Of a stretch of DNA of 64,000 bases, positions 60,202-64,000 are shown piece by piece. Made by a program: the position numbers and the translations under genes. The notes beneath the pieces were generated by a model. That model did not search any database, was not told the DNA's origin, and was given only the letters and a program-made list of their open reading frames with translations. Position 1 is the stretch's first letter; each line of letters opens with the position of its first letter. The DNA lies in assembly GCA_963666055.2 (NCBI GenBank), contig CAXWPH010000011.1, positions 128,001 through 192,000 on the forward strand, written 5' to 3'. Origin of the DNA: Acidobacteriota bacterium (GTDB lineage: Bacteria; Acidobacteriota; UBA890; WLXD01).

Positions 60202-61644
60202 GTGATGCCACCGCGCCTAGTGGTGATCGGTGCAGGCATCTCGGGTCTAGCGGCCGCCTTTACTGCAGCCCGAGAAGACCCCGGCCTCGCGGTCACCGTG
60301 CTCGAGAAACAGGATGTCGTCGGCGGCCGTACGCTGTCTATCGAGCAGAACGATTGGCTCGTCGAGGCGGGACCGGGAGGCTACCTGGACACCGACCCCG
60401 CGGTCGTAGCTCTGGTGCGCGCGGCCGGCATGGGCGAGGAGCAGATCAGGGCACATGAGGCGGCGGCACGACGCTTTATCTACCGCGGCGGGCGTCTGCA
60501 CGAGGTCGGTCCCAACCTGAGCAAGCCGCTGCGTAGCGGCTTGCTCAGCCCCAGCGGGGTGCTGCGCGCGCTCTGCGAGCCGTTGGTCCGCAGGCCGAGT
60601 AGCGGCAGCCAGGAAAGCGTGTTCGATTTCTGCAGCCGTCGCTTTGGGCACCAGATCGCGGAGCGTGTCGTGCACACGGCGATGCTCGGGATCTTCGCCG
60701 GTGACGCCCGCCGACTCTCGCTCGACGCCTGCTTCCCGGAGCTGCGCCGTCTCGAGATCGAGCACGGCTCGGTTATCCGGGGTGGCATCGTCCGTCGCTT
60801 CCGCCGCCATCGGGAGACCACGACGTCCGAGAGAACGGATGTGCCCAGTCGCAAGCTGAGCTCCTTCCGTGGCGGCCTGCAGCAGTTACCACGGGCGCTC
60901 GCCGCGGATCCGCGCATCGAAGTCCGCACTGGGACCGAGGTAAGCGGCCTGCAGCGGAAACCGGCCGGCGTGAGCGAGTCGCACGACGGCCACAGCGGCT
61001 ACCTGGTGCAGATGCGCCACGGCGAGGCGCTGGCCGCCGACGCGGTGATCGTGGCCACCCCAATCCAGGCCACCGCACGACTGCTCGCCGATCTGGCGCC
61101 GCAGGCGTCACGCTTGCTTGCCGGCGTTCCGGTGCCTCCAGTCGCCGTCGTCGGCCTTGGCTTCGACCTAGCCGCGGTGAGCTGTTTGCCGCCCGGTTTC
61201 GGTGTGCTGGTGGCGAGGGGAGAGGGTATTCGCATGCTGGGCTGCCTGTGGGAATCGCACATCTATCCTGGTCGTGGCCCGAAGACGGGCTTCTTGGTGC
61301 GGGCAATGTTCGGCGGACGCCTCGATCCGGCAATCGGCGAGTTGCACGAGGAGGAACTGACGACGCTGGCGCGGTCGGAGCTACGCTCCACCCTCGGCAT
61401 CGATGCGCCACCGATCTTCAGCCGCGTCTTCCAGTGGCCCCGTGCGATCCCGCAATACGAGATCGGTCACCCGGCGATCAAGGAGGGTGTCGAGCAAGCC
61501 CTGGACTCGCTCCCAGCGCTGTTCCTTGCCGGTGACGCACTGGAAGGGGTTTCGTTCACCAAGACCACGGCTACCGGCATCCGCCAGGGCTCTCTGGCCG
61601 CCCGCTGGCTTCGTCAAGTTGGCCGACGCTCAGCGTCAGGTTGA
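60202..61644 (+). CDS. hemG: Protoporphyrinogen/coproporphyrinogen oxidase (HemY type)
   Basis: GAGISGL, EAGP, GIFAGD, FRGGLQQL, GFGVL, AIPQY. Confidence 0.9.
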   Translation: MMPPRLVVIGAGISGLAAAFTAAREDPGLAVTVLEKQDVVGGRTLSIEQNDWLVEAGPGGYLDTDPAVVALVRAAGMGEEQIRAHEAAARRFIYRGGRLHEVGPNLSKPLRSGLLSPSGVLRALCEPLVRRPSSGSQESVFDFCSRRFGHQIAERVVHTAMLGIFAGDARRLSLDACFPELRRLEIEHGSVIRGGIVRRFRRHRETTTSERTDVPSRKLSSFRGGLQQLPRALAADPRIEVRTGTEVSGLQRKPAGVSESHDGHSGYLVQMRHGEALAADAVIVATPIQATARLLADLAPQASRLLAGVPVPPVAVVGLGFDLAAVSCLPPGFGVLVARGEGIRMLGCLWESHIYPGRGPKTGFLVRAMFGGRLDPAIGELHEEELTTLARSELRSTLGIDAPPIFSRVFQWPRAIPQYEIGHPAIKEGVEQALDSLPALFLAGDALEGVSFTKTTATGIRQGSLAARWLRQVGRRSASG

Positions 61645-61653
61645 CGCGTGCAG

Positions 61654-64000
61654 TTAGCCGCCGCGCAGAACCTCGATGCCATCCAGCCGAGCGGCGCGGC
61701 GCGCCGGGACGATCGTCGACGCCAGGGCTACGAGCCCCAGGCCAAGGACGGCGGCGACAAGAATCATCGGATTGCCGCGATCCATCTCGAAGAGCAACCC
61801 TTCGGCGATCGATGCAGCGGCGAGGGCAACGATCGATCCGGCCACGCCGCCGACTAGCCAGAGCAGAGTGACCCGGCGCAGCACCATCGCCAACACCTTC
61901 CCAGGGGTGGCCCCGAGGGCGATGCGCGTGCTGATCTCGCGCGTCCTGAGCGCCACTGTGTAGGAAACAACGCCGTAGACCCCGACCGCGGCGAGCAGCA
62001 GCGCCACGGCACCGAAAGTGCTCATGAGCAACAGCCCCAAGCGCGGCGATGCGAGCGTCGCATCGACCAACGACGAGAGCGGCCGCACATCGTAAACGGG
62101 GATGCGCGCGTCCACCTCGGCGACGACCGCACCGATCTGCGGCGCCAGCGACAACAGGTCACCGGTGCTGGCCGCGACCAAGATCATCTCCCGCTGGGGA
62201 CTCTGCCAGGCCGAGAAATAGACGTGGCCTGCACCCGGCGTGGCGAGATCGCGGTCGCGCACGTTGCCCACCACCCCGACCACCGTAGCCTCCTGCACGT
62301 CGCCGAGAAATACCCCGAGCTCGATGCGCTCACCCAGCGGCGACCGGCCGGGCCAGGCTCGGCGGGCGACGGCCTCGTCAACGACCACCACGGGCGGGGC
62401 TCCGGGCTCGTCAGTCGCATTGAGCACCCGACCACTGAGCAGCGGAATCCCCATGGTGCGGAAGTAGCCGGGGGAAACCGGGCGCATGTTGCCGCCCAGG
62501 GCGGCGTCGGCAACCGACGGGTCGGGCTCGACGAGATCAAACGACGCCGACCAGACGACACCCGTTAGCGGCAATGCGTAGGTCAACGCCGCCTGTGAAA
62601 CGCTGGGCAAAGCACGCACGCGATCGAAGATGCGGCGATACACCTCGCCGCGCTCCACCCCCCCCGTAACCCTCGACCGGGGTTGCCAGTTTCACCGCCA
62701 GCTTGCCGTCGGCCTCGAAGCCGGTCACCATCGTGGTCAGGCGACGGAAGCTCTCTGCGGTAACGCCGACTCCGAACACCAGCACCACCGCCAGCGCCAC
62801 CTCCATCACCACCAGCCCGGAACGGATGCGAGCGCCGTACGCGCTCCCCCCTGCCCGGCCGGTACTTTCCCGCAGCACCTCGCTCGGCGCTGAAGTCAGC
62901 GCGCTGGCGACCGAGGCCATGCCAAACAACAGCGCCGTGCCCGCACTCACGGCCACGGCAAATAGCACCACCGGCCAGCCTACGGTGAGCTCCCCGAGGG
63001 CGGCGACGTTGGCCGGCGATGACGCGGCGATGGCCCGCGTCACCGCCACAGCACCAGCAACCCCGAGGGCACCGGCGGCGGCGGTCAGCAAGAACGTCTC
63101 GAGCACCACGAGGCGGGCCAGACGCCGGGCACCGGAGCCCAGCGCCCGCCGCAGCGCGAACTCGTGGCGGCGGGACTCGGCGCGCGCCAGCAGCAGGTTC
63201 ATGACGTTCGCGCAGCCGATCAGCAGCACCAGGGTGACCGCCGCCAACAAGACCAGGAGCACCGCGCCAGTATCGCCGACCAGATGTTCTCGCAAGGGGA
63301 TGACGTTCACCCGTTGCCCGACGTTGGCCACTCGATCCGGCGCCTCTTGCTCCAGTTGATCGGTGAGGCCGGCAGCGGCGACAGCCGGCGTGATGCCTTC
63401 GTCGAGCCGGGCGACCGTCTCCAGGAACTCCCAACCGCGTCGCCCCGGTTCATACCACTCCGGGCCCAACGCCAAGGGCACCCATAGCTCGGCGCCGCGG
63501 ATGAGCTCGAATCCCGGCTCGAGGACGCCGACGACCTCGTAGCCGCCACCGTCGAGCACCAGGGTTGTACCAAGCACCCCGGAATCGCCCCCGAACGACT
63601 GGGTCCACATGACGTGAGAGAGAATCACCGCGCCGTCGGCGCCCGGTGCGGCTTCGGCCTCTAGAAAGAGCCGACCCACGGCAGGCGTCGCTCCCGTAAG
63701 CCCAAACAGTCCAACCGAGACCCGGACTCCTTCTACCCGGCGCACCGTACCGCTGTCGTCACTCAGGTGATAACTGCGCCGCTCCCAGACCTCGGTGGCG
63801 TCGACCAGATCGCGCCGGTTCTCGGCATCCTGCCAGGTGAGCGGTGAGATCGGGTTCCTTCCCTCGAGGCTGTTCTCGTAGCCGGTGAATACCTTGACCA
63901 GACGATCGGCGTCCGGATACGGCAGCGGCAGCAGGTAGGCGGCGTGCACCAGGGTGAACATCACCACTGTGGCGCCAACGCCTAGCCCCAGGGTCAGCAG
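61654..64000 (-). CDS. ADOP-type duplicated MacB-like ABC permease (partial); frameshift at C8 run 62658-62665
   Basis: LPYPDADRLV, LLIGCANVMNLLLAR, RSGLVVMEVALA, GVYGVVSY...RTREI..RIALGA, PARRAAR. Confidence 0.9.

Noticed and set aside
57020-62665. Programmed frameshifting in the sigma54 activator, alpha/beta hydrolase and ADOP permease
   Set aside because: The shifts lie in or beside short homopolymers (AAA, C5, C8) in families not known to be recoded. Sequencing indels or recent mutations are more likely.

Overview
This is a GC-rich bacterial window. An ADOP-type permease, an exported PQQ-propeller, a cytochrome c/Cu-monooxygenase pair and a DUF5117/DUF4953-type protease suggest Acidobacteriota (inference). 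It is a mosaic of intact housekeeping and metabolic genes (lhr, acyl-CoA ligase, iorBA-like, argR-argG-argH, nuoB, hemG/hemY) with many truncated genes, IS6-type remnants, a family of TA/CTAG-targeting MITEs and a large serine recombinase integrated in comM. The strongest novel signal is a minus-strand operon at about 45.9-49.1 kb. It comprises a truncated MerR-family metal regulator, an outer-membrane beta-barrel, an exported HMA-domain protein, a Met-rich NHL propeller and a second HMA-like protein. In the first HMA protein the GMTCxxC motif is written GMT-TGA-GL-TGA and is followed by SECIS-like hairpins, making it a probable double-selenocysteine (UxxU) protein that the ORF track splits. 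Other candidates are a divergent DAACS-transporter locus with a fused cytoplasmic domain and charge-inverted paralogous small proteins, a di-heme cytochrome plus PhnDCE-like ABC module, a thiaminase I-like lipoprotein, and a fully readable sigma54 enhancer/promoter unit. Several 1-bp frameshifts suggest sequencing error or ongoing decay. All calls come from motif recognition by eye; no searches were run.
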